Notes under the pieces: model-generated
Database searches by the model: none
Told to the model about the DNA's origin: nothing
What the model saw: the letters and a program-made list of their open reading frames with translations, nothing else
Shown here: positions 1-9,531 of the stretch, in pieces
How the letters are laid out: the number at the start of each line of letters is the position of its first letter
How positions within the stretch are numbered: the first letter of the stretch is position 1
Source: an uncultured Clostridia bacterium
GTDB taxonomy: Bacteria; Bacillota; Clostridia; Christensenellales; UBA1750
Direction: 5' to 3'
Length of the DNA stretch: 35,895 nucleotides
Assembly: GCA_944381265.1 (NCBI GenBank)
Contig: CALWKN010000188.1
Coordinates: 1-35,895, forward strand
Made by a program: the position numbers and the translations under genes

Positions 1-504
1 CGCAACAACACCACCTGGGCGCTGGCCAAGGCCTTTGGCGGCGACGAGAGCTACGGCATACTGCTGCGCGACACCTACGGCCGCGGGCAGCTGATCACGC
101 TGGCGGTGCCGGACGCCGTCTCGGACCTGCGCAAGCTGCCGCAGAGCGTGCTCACCCGCATCCGCGCCGAATTGTGCGCAGGTTCGGTCTACCTCGACGC
201 CCCGGCGCAGATCTCCCTCTTTACCTACGACGACGACGCCTTCTGCCTCTACCCCTACGCCTGCGACGGCTGCGCGATGCAGCGCGTCCGCGTGCGCGTG
301 CGCGGCGTGGCCGAGGCGCTGACCGCCCTGGAAGGCAGCCGCGAGATCAAGCCGCTCTACGTCACGCCGAACAACGAGACGGTCTTCGAGCTCATGACCG
401 AGCCGGGCGAGTTCTCCTTCTACCGCATCCGCTGGGCGGAGAACCGAGAAGGGACCGCGCTGCAGGCGGACTGGGGCTCCGCGCCGCACGAGTTTGAGGA
501 CTAA
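1..504 (+). CDS. hypothetical protein, C-terminal part (5' end outside window)
   Basis: Frame 1 is open from base 1 to TAA at 502-504. Track ORF 106..504 is only the in-window Met-bounded part. A strong intrinsic terminator follows. No family recognised. Confidence 0.5.
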   Translation, partial: RNNTTWALAKAFGGDESYGILLRDTYGRGQLITLAVPDAVSDLRKLPQSVLTRIRAELCAGSVYLDAPAQISLFTYDDDAFCLYPYACDGCAMQRVRVRVRGVAEALTALEGSREIKPLYVTPNNETVFELMTEPGEFSFYRIRWAENREGTALQADWGSAPHEFED

Positions 505-516
505 ACCCCGCTTACC

Positions 517-551
517 ATCGGCCCTGTGCCCCGCGCACAGGGCCGATTTTT
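517..551 (+). terminator. intrinsic terminator of the partial plus-strand gene
   Basis: Perfect 13-bp stem atcggccctgtgc / gcacagggccgat with loop cccgc, followed by TTTTT. Confidence 0.85.
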
Positions 552-596
552 GCGCAAAAAAAGAAGGCCGCGCGCGGGTCCGCTCACCCATCTGCA

Positions 597-762
597 GCGA
601 ACAAAAGAGAGAGAGCGGCCGCGGGGCGCTTGTCGGCGCTTCCTGGCGGGGGTGCGGGGGAGCAGCTCCCCCGCTGCCGCGGCGCGCAGCGCCGCGGGTC
701 CGCCCGGCGCCGTTCGCGCCGGGCGGACGGACGGGTGGGTGGGGCGTAGCCCCCCCCACCCG
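597..762. repeat. GC-rich multi-hairpin intergenic repeat, copy 1
   Basis: Aligns by eye with 3334..3496 in the same orientation. The 112-nt core has about 9 mismatches. Three perfect hairpins are present: 654-674, 677-697 and 698-728. Confidence 0.8.
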
Positions 763-764
763 AT

Positions 765-793
765 AACAAAGACCCCGCATGATAAGCGGGGTC
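765..793 (-). terminator. intrinsic terminator after the glycosyltransferase gene
   Basis: On the minus strand: gaccccgc-ttatcat-gcggggtc followed by TTTGTT, directly after the stop at 802. Confidence 0.75.
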
Positions 794-801
794 CGGTGCC
801 G

Positions 802-1908
802 TCAGGCATAGCTCTCGATGAGCTTTTGCAGGTCGTCCGTGGCGTTGGGCTTGCCAAAGGCGATCTGACACTCGCGCATGAGCTCGCGGCGGCGCTCGTT
901 GGTCAAAAGCTGCCAGACCACCACGTCCACCGGCAGATGCTTGTTCGTGCGCATGGCCATGCCGTGGTTGGTGAGGAAGTCCATGTTGCGGTCCTCCTGC
1001 CCGGGGATGGGGTCGATGAGCACCATGGGCAGCTGCTTGGCGATGGCCTCGGAGACCGAGAGCCCGCCGGGCTTTGTCACGATCAGGTCCGCCGCGCTCA
1101 TCAGCACGTCCACCTCGTTGGTAAAGCCCAGCACCGTCAGGCGCTTGACCGTGGACAGGGCGGAAACGCGCGCGCGCAGCTTCTCGTTGCTGCCGCAGAT
1201 CACCACCATCTGGAAGTCGAGCGGCAGGCGGTCCATCTTCTCGATGGCGCTGAGCACGTCGCCATGGCCCATGCTGCCGCCCATCAGCAGGACGGTGGGC
1301 ATGTCCGGCAGCCCGGCCCGGGCGCGGGCCTCGGCCTTGTCGATGCGCACGTTGAACTTGGGGTGAATGGGGATGCCAAAGGGGCGGATGATGCGCTCCG
1401 GCATGCCCGCCTGCACGATGTAGTAGGTCAGCTGCTCCGAGGGCGTGACCAGCGCGTCGAGGTTGGCGCCCTTCCAGTAGGGGTGCAGCGTGTAGTCCGT
1501 GACGATGCCGATGCGCGGCGCGGCGCACACGCCCATGGAGTAGACGGAAGAGGAGATCTGCGCCGCACAGGAGTGCGTGGAGACCACGACGTTGGGCTGG
1601 AAGCTCTCGTAGACGTCGAAGAGGTCCTTGCTCAGGTAGTCCGAGAGCTTCTGGTTCACCTTCACCGTCAGGGGGATGTTCTGCTCCGCCTTCTCCATCA
1701 TGCGGAAGGCCCGGCCAAAGACCTTGGGCGTGTGGGCCACGGTCATGCGGTAGCCCTTGTCCACCGCCTCGCCAAAGGCCGGCTGAATGTACTCAAACGT
1801 GTCCAGCAGCTTGCAGACGTGGCCGCGCTCGACCATGCGCTGCATGATGCCCTTTGCGGTCTGGTTGTGCCCCTGTCCCGCCGTGACGGACAAAAACAAG
1901 ATGTGCAT
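802..1908 (-). CDS. MGDG-synthase/UgtP-like diacylglycerol glycosyltransferase (GT28)
   Basis: The N-terminus MHILFLSVTAGQGHNQTAKGI matches the G-x-GH motif of UgtP/YpfP-type glycolipid synthases. AGGAGG RBS. 17 nt downstream of folC. Confidence 0.85.
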   Translation of the reverse strand: MHILFLSVTAGQGHNQTAKGIMQRMVERGHVCKLLDTFEYIQPAFGEAVDKGYRMTVAHTPKVFGRAFRMMEKAEQNIPLTVKVNQKLSDYLSKDLFDVYESFQPNVVVSTHSCAAQISSSVYSMGVCAAPRIGIVTDYTLHPYWKGANLDALVTPSEQLTYYIVQAGMPERIIRPFGIPIHPKFNVRIDKAEARARAGLPDMPTVLLMGGSMGHGDVLSAIEKMDRLPLDFQMVVICGSNEKLRARVSALSTVKRLTVLGFTNEVDVLMSAADLIVTKPGGLSVSEAIAKQLPMVLIDPIPGQEDRNMDFLTNHGMAMRTNKHLPVDVVVWQLLTNERRRELMRECQIAFGKPNATDDLQKLIESYA

Positions 1909-1925
1909 CGTTCCTTCGCACCTCC

Positions 1926-3203
1926 TTAAAAACCCAGCATGCTTCGCACCTCGCCCGCCAGGTACAGCGAGCCGCAGACGAGCACCACGCCCGCCTCCCC
2001 GGCCAGCTCCCGGGCGCGCTTCAGTCCCGCCGCGGTGTCCTGCGCGGCATAGACCGGCTTTTCGGTGTACGTTCTATAGAGATCGCGCAGCGCTTCCGCC
2101 GGCAGGGCGCGCACCGCCGCCTCCGGCTGCACGCACACCACCGCCTCGCCCAGCGCCGCCGCCTCCCGCGCCATGGTGGAAACGTCCTTGTCCGCCATGG
2201 CCCCGGTCAGCAGCACCACGCGCCGCCCGCCCAGAAACGCCTCCGCGTACTGCCGCAGCGCGGCGATGCCCTGCGGGTTGTGCGCGCCGTCCAGCAGCAC
2301 GTTGCCGCACCACTCCAGCCGCCCCGGCCAGCGCGCCGCTTTCAGGCCCGCCTTCGCCGCCTCCGGCGGCACGCGCAGCCCCTCCGGCAGCAGCGACAGC
2401 GCCGCCAGCGCCGTCACGGCGTTGTCCACCTGGTGCGCCCCCGGCAGGGCGATTTCATACGCCTGCGCCGCAAGGCCGGGAAACCCCGCCCAAAAGCGCG
2501 CCCCGCGCGCGTGCAGCTCCACCCCTTGCGGCCTGTGCGCCGCGCAGTCCAGCAGCGGCGCGCACTTTTCCGCGCAGATGCCGCGAATGACCGCGGCGAC
2601 GTTCTCCCCCTGCGCCTGCAGCGCCACCGGCACGCCGGGCTTTATGATGCCGCCCTTGACCGCGGCGATCTCTTCCAGCGTGTGGCCCAGCGTCTTTGTG
2701 TGGTCCAGGCCGATGCGCGCGATGGCGCAGACCGAGGGGCGCACCACGTTCGTGGGGTCCAGCAGGCCGCCCAGCCCCACCTCGATCACCGCCGCGTCCA
2801 CGTTTTCCCGCGCCATCCAGCTCAGCGCGATGGCCGTGCCGATCTCAAACACCGTGGGGTAGACGCCCTCGCCCTCCAGCGCCCGCACGTGCGCCGCCAC
2901 TTCTGTGGTCAACGCCGCAAGCGTTTCGTCCGGGATCTGCGCGCCGTCTATGCGCATGCGCTCGTTGTAGCGCATGAGGTAGGGCGAGGTGTAGAGCCCC
3001 ACGCGGTACCCCGCCTGGCGCAGCGCGGCGTCCAAAAAGGCGCAGACGGAACCCTTGCCGTTTGTCCCCGCCACGTGCAGGCAGCGCACGCTCTCCTGCG
3101 GATTCCCCAGGCGCTCCAGCAGCGCGCGCATATTCTCCAGCCCGCGCTTTACGCCCTTGCCCGCCTTTCCGTGTATGTAAGACACGGCCTGCTCGTAATT
3201 CAT
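1926..3203 (-). CDS. folC: folylpolyglutamate synthase / dihydrofolate synthase
   Basis: P-loop HVAGTNGKGS and Mur-ligase-like layout. The track ORF extends to a TTG at 3275. The ATG at 3203 (MNYEQAVSYIHG) gives the usual N-terminus. Confidence 0.9.
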   Translation of the reverse strand: MNYEQAVSYIHGKAGKGVKRGLENMRALLERLGNPQESVRCLHVAGTNGKGSVCAFLDAALRQAGYRVGLYTSPYLMRYNERMRIDGAQIPDETLAALTTEVAAHVRALEGEGVYPTVFEIGTAIALSWMARENVDAAVIEVGLGGLLDPTNVVRPSVCAIARIGLDHTKTLGHTLEEIAAVKGGIIKPGVPVALQAQGENVAAVIRGICAEKCAPLLDCAAHRPQGVELHARGARFWAGFPGLAAQAYEIALPGAHQVDNAVTALAALSLLPEGLRVPPEAAKAGLKAARWPGRLEWCGNVLLDGAHNPQGIAALRQYAEAFLGGRRVVLLTGAMADKDVSTMAREAAALGEAVVCVQPEAAVRALPAEALRDLYRTYTEKPVYAAQDTAAGLKRARELAGEAGVVLVCGSLYLAGEVRSMLGF

Positions 3204-3333
3204 CGCACCGCTCGCCTTCTTTCCATCTTCCAGTTTACAAAAATCCCGCGCCGATTGCAAGCCCTTTTGCGTCAAAACGATTCGCCATAGAACCGCCCGC
3301 TGTCCCCCGCCCGCATGCGCGTCTTCGGACGAA

Positions 3334-3496
3334 GCGAAGGAGAGAGCGCGGCCGCCGGGCGTTTTCCCGGCGCTTCCCGGCAGGGGTGCGGGGGAGTTGC
3401 TCCCCCGCTTCCGCGGCGCACAGCGCCGCGGGTCCGCCCGGCGCCGTGCGCGCCGGGCGGACGGGCAGGTGGGTGGGGCGCAGCCCCACCCACCCG
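3334..3496. repeat. GC-rich multi-hairpin intergenic repeat, copy 2
   Basis: Same element as 597..762. It lies between the valS stop and the folC start. The hairpin stems are identical and the differences fall in loops and linkers. Confidence 0.8.
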
Positions 3497-3500
3497 CCCG

Positions 3501-3543
3501 AAAAAGCGCAGCGCGGCCCGCCGCGAAAACGACAGGCCGCGCT
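3501..3543 (-). terminator. terminator-like hairpin downstream of valS
   Basis: On the minus strand: agcgcggcc-16 nt-ggccgcgct, then gcgcTTTTT. The long loop makes it a weak or partial terminator inside an apparent operon. Confidence 0.45.
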
Positions 3544-3548
3544 TTGTA

Positions 3549-6191
<2,643 letters not shown>

Positions 6192-6233
6192 TTGCTATCC
6201 ATCCTCCATCGCACACTGCGTTTTTTGCCTTTG

Positions 6234-6398
6234 TCAGAGAAAACAGAGCGTCGCGCCGAGCAGAGCCAGCACAAGGCTCGCGATCTTTGCCGGGAGCTTC
6301 CATCTCTCCGGTATCGCCCGGCCCAGGAGCATCAGCGCCGCGCCGAGCAGCAGCAGCGCAAGCCCCACCGGGCTAAGGCTCATCAGCCTGCTGAGCAA
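6234..6398 (-). CDS. small two-helix membrane protein (54 aa from TTG, 49 aa from the ATG at 6383)
   Basis: Hand translation: LSRLMSLSPVGLALLLLGAALMLLGRAIPERWKLPAKIASLVLALLGATLCFL*. GGAGAGGAGGG RBS 7 nt upstream. High GC3 like neighbouring genes. Below the length cutoff of the ORF track. Confidence 0.5.
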   Translation of the reverse strand: MLSRLMSLSPVGLALLLLGAALMLLGRAIPERWKLPAKIASLVLALLGATLCFL

Positions 6399-6421
6399 GC
6401 GCCTTCCCTCCTCTCCTGTGC

Positions 6422-6695
6422 AAAAAAGAAGCGCCCGTCCTTTTTATCGCAAAAGGACGGGCGCGCCGTGGTACCACCTTTTTTCGCAAGGGGACAGGCC
6501 CCCTGCCTCGTTGTCCGCGCGCTACCGGGCGCGACCCGCCGCGCGCTAAGGCCCGTATCCGCCCTTCACGCGCGCCCTGCCGCAGGCGACCTTCCGGAAC
6601 CCGGGGACCCCCTGGCGGCCTTTCAGCCGGCGAACCGCCTCTCTTGTTTGGGGCCTGATTCCGTACTCCTCCTGCCTCAACGGGGGAAAATCTAA
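6422..6695 (-). promoter_or_regulatory. T-box riboswitch leader (valine) with terminator/antiterminator
   Basis: On the minus strand. Stem I elements are AGUA opposite GAA in the specifier loop, the AGAGAG bulge and a GGCUGAAAGG distal loop. The T-box sequence is AAGGUGGUACCACGG. A 14-bp terminator stem (6431-6444 / 6451-6464) plus UUCUUUUUU follows. The likely specifier is GUC (6588-6590), followed by a purine. Confidence 0.9.
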
Positions 6696-6700
6696 CGTGT

Positions 6701-6729
6701 ATTATACCATGCCCGTTTCCGCGCGTCAA
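6701..6729 (-). promoter_or_regulatory. sigma-A type promoter of the T-box/valS operon
   Basis: TTGACG, 17 nt, TATAAT, with TG at the extended -10 position (catggTATAAT). Confidence 0.8.
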
Positions 6730-6757
6730 CGCCGCCGCGCCTGAGTTAACGCAAAGC

Positions 6758-8131
6758 TTACGGCTTCCAGAGCGTGTAGCGGGCGGGGGCGTAGGTGCCG
6801 GCGCGAAGGCCCGCGGCGGTGTCCGCGACCACGACGCGCAGGCGGGAGACGATGGTGTCGAACGTCTCCTCGTAGACGATCTGTATCGTGCCGTCCGCCA
6901 CCAATTGGTGCGCCAGCGGCACAAGCAGCCACTGCTTGAAGTTCTCGATCTGCTCCTCCGTCCAGAACTCGCGCAAGGGGTCGTAGATCTCCTCGTCGCA
7001 GAAGCGGTCGCGCACCATGTACAGGAGGTTGGAAAAATCCTCCAGATTGCTGCCCGGCTCCAGCGTAAAGAGCATGCGGAAAAAGAGATTCCAGTCGTAA
7101 TCCGCGTTCATCTGCAGCATCAGGTGGTCGGCCAGTATGTTCAGGAACGGCTCCTTGCCGCGGAAGGGCGCCTCCAGCGTCAGCGGCGCCTCAAAGTCGA
7201 TGTCGGCCATGGCGATGCGGTTGATGCGCTGGAAGATGTCCATCAGGCTCTGGGCCGGGCGGCGGGTGATGGGGTTCTGGCGCGAGAGTATGTAGCGGCT
7301 GAGTATGTCGCAGGAGCGCTTGAAGTTCAGCGTAAAGCCCAGGGAGTCGTGCATCTTCTGGAAGAAGAGGTCGGAGATGGCCTTGGCAAAGAGGGAGCGC
7401 ACCGAGGCCTCGCGCAGGCGGCCGTCCTCCGGCTCGCTCTGGTGCTGGATCTGGTTGTAGATGAGGTAGAGCTGGCGGTCCACGGAGCGCAGGTTGTCGT
7501 AGGCGGAGGCCAGCATCTGCTTCATGAAATCGTCCATGAGGATGTAGCTGTTGTTTTTGTAGATGATCTCGTGCTCGACCTCGGCCCAGAAGACGTGCAC
7601 CAGGGCCTTGATCTGCATCTCAAAGCGCACCGCGTGGCCGATGGGGCCGCACAGGCCGTCGATGCGGTAGATGGCGTAGCCGTTGTTCTGCCGCTGCGGC
7701 TGGGGCGAGGCCATCTCCAGGCGGATGTTGGGCTGCTCCGGCGCGCAGTAGAGCCCGTCGGCGCACTTTTGCGTGAACTGCTCCCGCAGCGCGTCGTAGA
7801 GCACGGACTCCTCCTCCAGAAATCTGCACTGTATGCGCACGCCGATGAGGTCGGAGAGGTTCTGTATGATGCCCTCGGGGTAGGCGTAGCGCTTGTAGAG
7901 GTTTTTGCGCAGTATCTTTTCGCGCAGGCTCTTTTCGCCCTTGACGCGGGTGGAAATGCCCACAAGGCTCTCGCTGTGCGGGCGCAGCGCGCTGAGGAAA
8001 TAGCCCTGCAGCACCTCGGCATAGGTCTCCAGCGTCTTGCGGTTGTCGTTTAAGATCTTTACGGTCCTATCGATCAGGTCGAACACGGGCAGGCGGCTGG
8101 GCGCCTGTTCCATTTCGATTCTCTCTTCCAT
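6758..8131 (-). CDS. RelA/SpoT-fold nucleotidyltransferase (SAS-like) with an uncharacterised ~230-aa C-terminal domain
   Basis: Motifs: TRVKGEKSLREK (RxKx3Sx3K), DLIGVRI (DxxGxR), NGYAIYRI, FEMQIKAL (ExQ), WAEVEHEIIYK. No HD, TGS or ACT domains. ATG at 8131 with a GGAG RBS (the track starts at GTG 8140). Confidence 0.85.
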   Translation of the reverse strand: MEERIEMEQAPSRLPVFDLIDRTVKILNDNRKTLETYAEVLQGYFLSALRPHSESLVGISTRVKGEKSLREKILRKNLYKRYAYPEGIIQNLSDLIGVRIQCRFLEEESVLYDALREQFTQKCADGLYCAPEQPNIRLEMASPQPQRQNNGYAIYRIDGLCGPIGHAVRFEMQIKALVHVFWAEVEHEIIYKNNSYILMDDFMKQMLASAYDNLRSVDRQLYLIYNQIQHQSEPEDGRLREASVRSLFAKAISDLFFQKMHDSLGFTLNFKRSCDILSRYILSRQNPITRRPAQSLMDIFQRINRIAMADIDFEAPLTLEAPFRGKEPFLNILADHLMLQMNADYDWNLFFRMLFTLEPGSNLEDFSNLLYMVRDRFCDEEIYDPLREFWTEEQIENFKQWLLVPLAHQLVADGTIQIVYEETFDTIVSRLRVVVADTAAGLRAGTYAPARYTLWKP

Positions 8132-8165
8132 GCTTCCCACTCCGTATCCCTAGTCTCTCTCTTTT

Positions 8166-8174
8166 ATTATATCA
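8166..8174 (-). promoter_or_regulatory. extended -10 promoter candidate for the RelA/SpoT-fold gene
   Basis: TGATATAAT on the minus strand, about 35 nt upstream of the start. No good -35. Confidence 0.4.
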
Positions 8175-8276
8175 CATCTGCCGCCCGGCTGCCGCCTTGT
8201 TTTTTTTCGCCCGATGGTGTATTCTAAAATGCGACAAAGAAAACCGGCGCCAAGCGCCGCACTGGAGGGCCGAACC

Positions 8277-9470
8277 ATGCAGAAGATCGCCATGAAGACG
8301 CCGCTGGTCGAGATGGACGGCGACGAAATGACCCGCGTGCTCTGGAAGTGGATCAAGGAGATGCTCCTGGAGCCGTACATCGACTTAAAGACCGAATACT
8401 ACGATCTGGGCCTGCCCCACCGGGACGAGACGAGCGACCAGGTGACGCTGGACGCCGCCGCCGCCACGGAGAAGTACGGCGTGGCCGTCAAGTGCGCGAC
8501 CATCACCCCCAACCCGCAGCGCGTGGAGGAGTACCACCTAAAGCAGATGTGGAAGTCCCCCAACGCCACCATCCGCGCGATCCTGGACGGCACGGTCTTC
8601 CGCGCGCCGATCCTGGTGCGCGGCGTCAGCCCCACGGTGCGCACCTGGCAGGCGCCCATCACCATCGCCCGCCACGCCTACGGCGACGTCTACAAGAACA
8701 CGGAGATGAAGATCCCCGGCCCGGGCAAGGTGGAGCTGGTCTACACCGCCGAGGACGGCAGTGAGACGCGCGCCCTGGTGCACGAGTTCAAGGGTCCGGG
8801 CATCGCGCAGGGCCTGCACAACCTGGACGGCTCGATCTCCTCCTTTGCCCGCGCCTGCTTTGCCTACGCGCTGGACACAAAGCAGGACCTGTGGTTCTCC
8901 ACCAAGGACACCATCTCCAAGGTCTACGACCACAACTTCAAGGACATCTTCGCCGAGATCTACGAAAACGAGTACAAGGCGAAGTTCGAAGAGGCGGGCA
9001 TCACCTATTTCTACACGCTGATCGACGACGCGGTGGCGCGCGTCATCCGCTCCAAGGGCGGCTTCATCTGGGCCTGCAAGAACTACGACGGCGACGTCAT
9101 GAGCGACATGATCGCAACGGCCTTCGGCTCGCTGTCGATGATGACCTCGGTGCTCGTCTCGCCCAAGGGCTACTATGAATACGAGGCAGCTCACGGCACC
9201 GTGACACGCCATTACTACCGCTACCTCAAGGGCGAGGAGACGGGCACCAACCCCGTGGCCACCATCTACGCCTGGACCGGCGCGCTGCGCAAGCGCGGCC
9301 AGCTGGACGACATCCCGGAGCTTTGCGCCTTTGCCGACAAGCTGGAAAAGGCGGTCATCGACACCATCGAGTCCGGCGTCATGACCGGCGACCTTGCCGC
9401 GATGTACGAAGGCGAGGCCCATTCCGTTCCCTCCCGCGCCTTCCTGCAGGCCATAGCCGACCGCCTGTAA
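8277..9470 (+). CDS. icd: NADP-dependent isocitrate dehydrogenase, homodimeric type II (IDH1/IDH2-like)
   Basis: [49 protein letters not shown] and [10 protein letters not shown] are near-identical to the eukaryote-type IDH signature. The ATG at 8277 has a GGAGGG RBS (the track starts at 8214). Confidence 0.95.
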   Translation: MQKIAMKTPLVEMDGDEMTRVLWKWIKEMLLEPYIDLKTEYYDLGLPHRDETSDQVTLDAAAATEKYGVAVKCATITPNPQRVEEYHLKQMWKSPNATIRAILDGTVFRAPILVRGVSPTVRTWQAPITIARHAYGDVYKNTEMKIPGPGKVELVYTAEDGSETRALVHEFKGPGIAQGLHNLDGSISSFARACFAYALDTKQDLWFSTKDTISKVYDHNFKDIFAEIYENEYKAKFEEAGITYFYTLIDDAVARVIRSKGGFIWACKNYDGDVMSDMIATAFGSLSMMTSVLVSPKGYYEYEAAHGTVTRHYYRYLKGEETGTNPVATIYAWTGALRKRGQLDDIPELCAFADKLEKAVIDTIESGVMTGDLAAMYEGEAHSVPSRAFLQAIADRL

Positions 9471-9489
9471 GCGCCCGCGTTATGTCTCC

Positions 9490-9523
9490 AAAAAGGCCCC
9501 CCGCTTTTGCGGGGGGCCTTTTT
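9490..9523. terminator. bidirectional intrinsic terminator between convergent icd and PBP2
   Basis: AAAAA-ggccccccgc-tttt-gcggggggcc-TTTTT. Perfect 10-bp GC stem flanked by A and T runs. Confidence 0.9.
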
Positions 9524-9531
9524 CGCGTCTT

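Noticed and set aside
526-770. Conserved peptide (..AGVRGS.SPA.AA.SAAGPPGAVRAGRT..WVGRSP..) shared by plus-strand ORFs at 526.. and 3062..3676. This hints at a repeated small gene.
   Set aside because: The similarity is nucleotide-level repeat identity with no indels. There is no start codon or RBS at the repeat boundary, and the substitution pattern tracks hairpin loops and not codon positions.
8277-9470. Eukaryote-type (IDH1/2-like) isocitrate dehydrogenase as a horizontal-transfer signal.
   Set aside because: Type II homodimeric NADP-IDH is known from many bacteria. Composition and codon style look like the rest of the window, and no mobility genes flank it.
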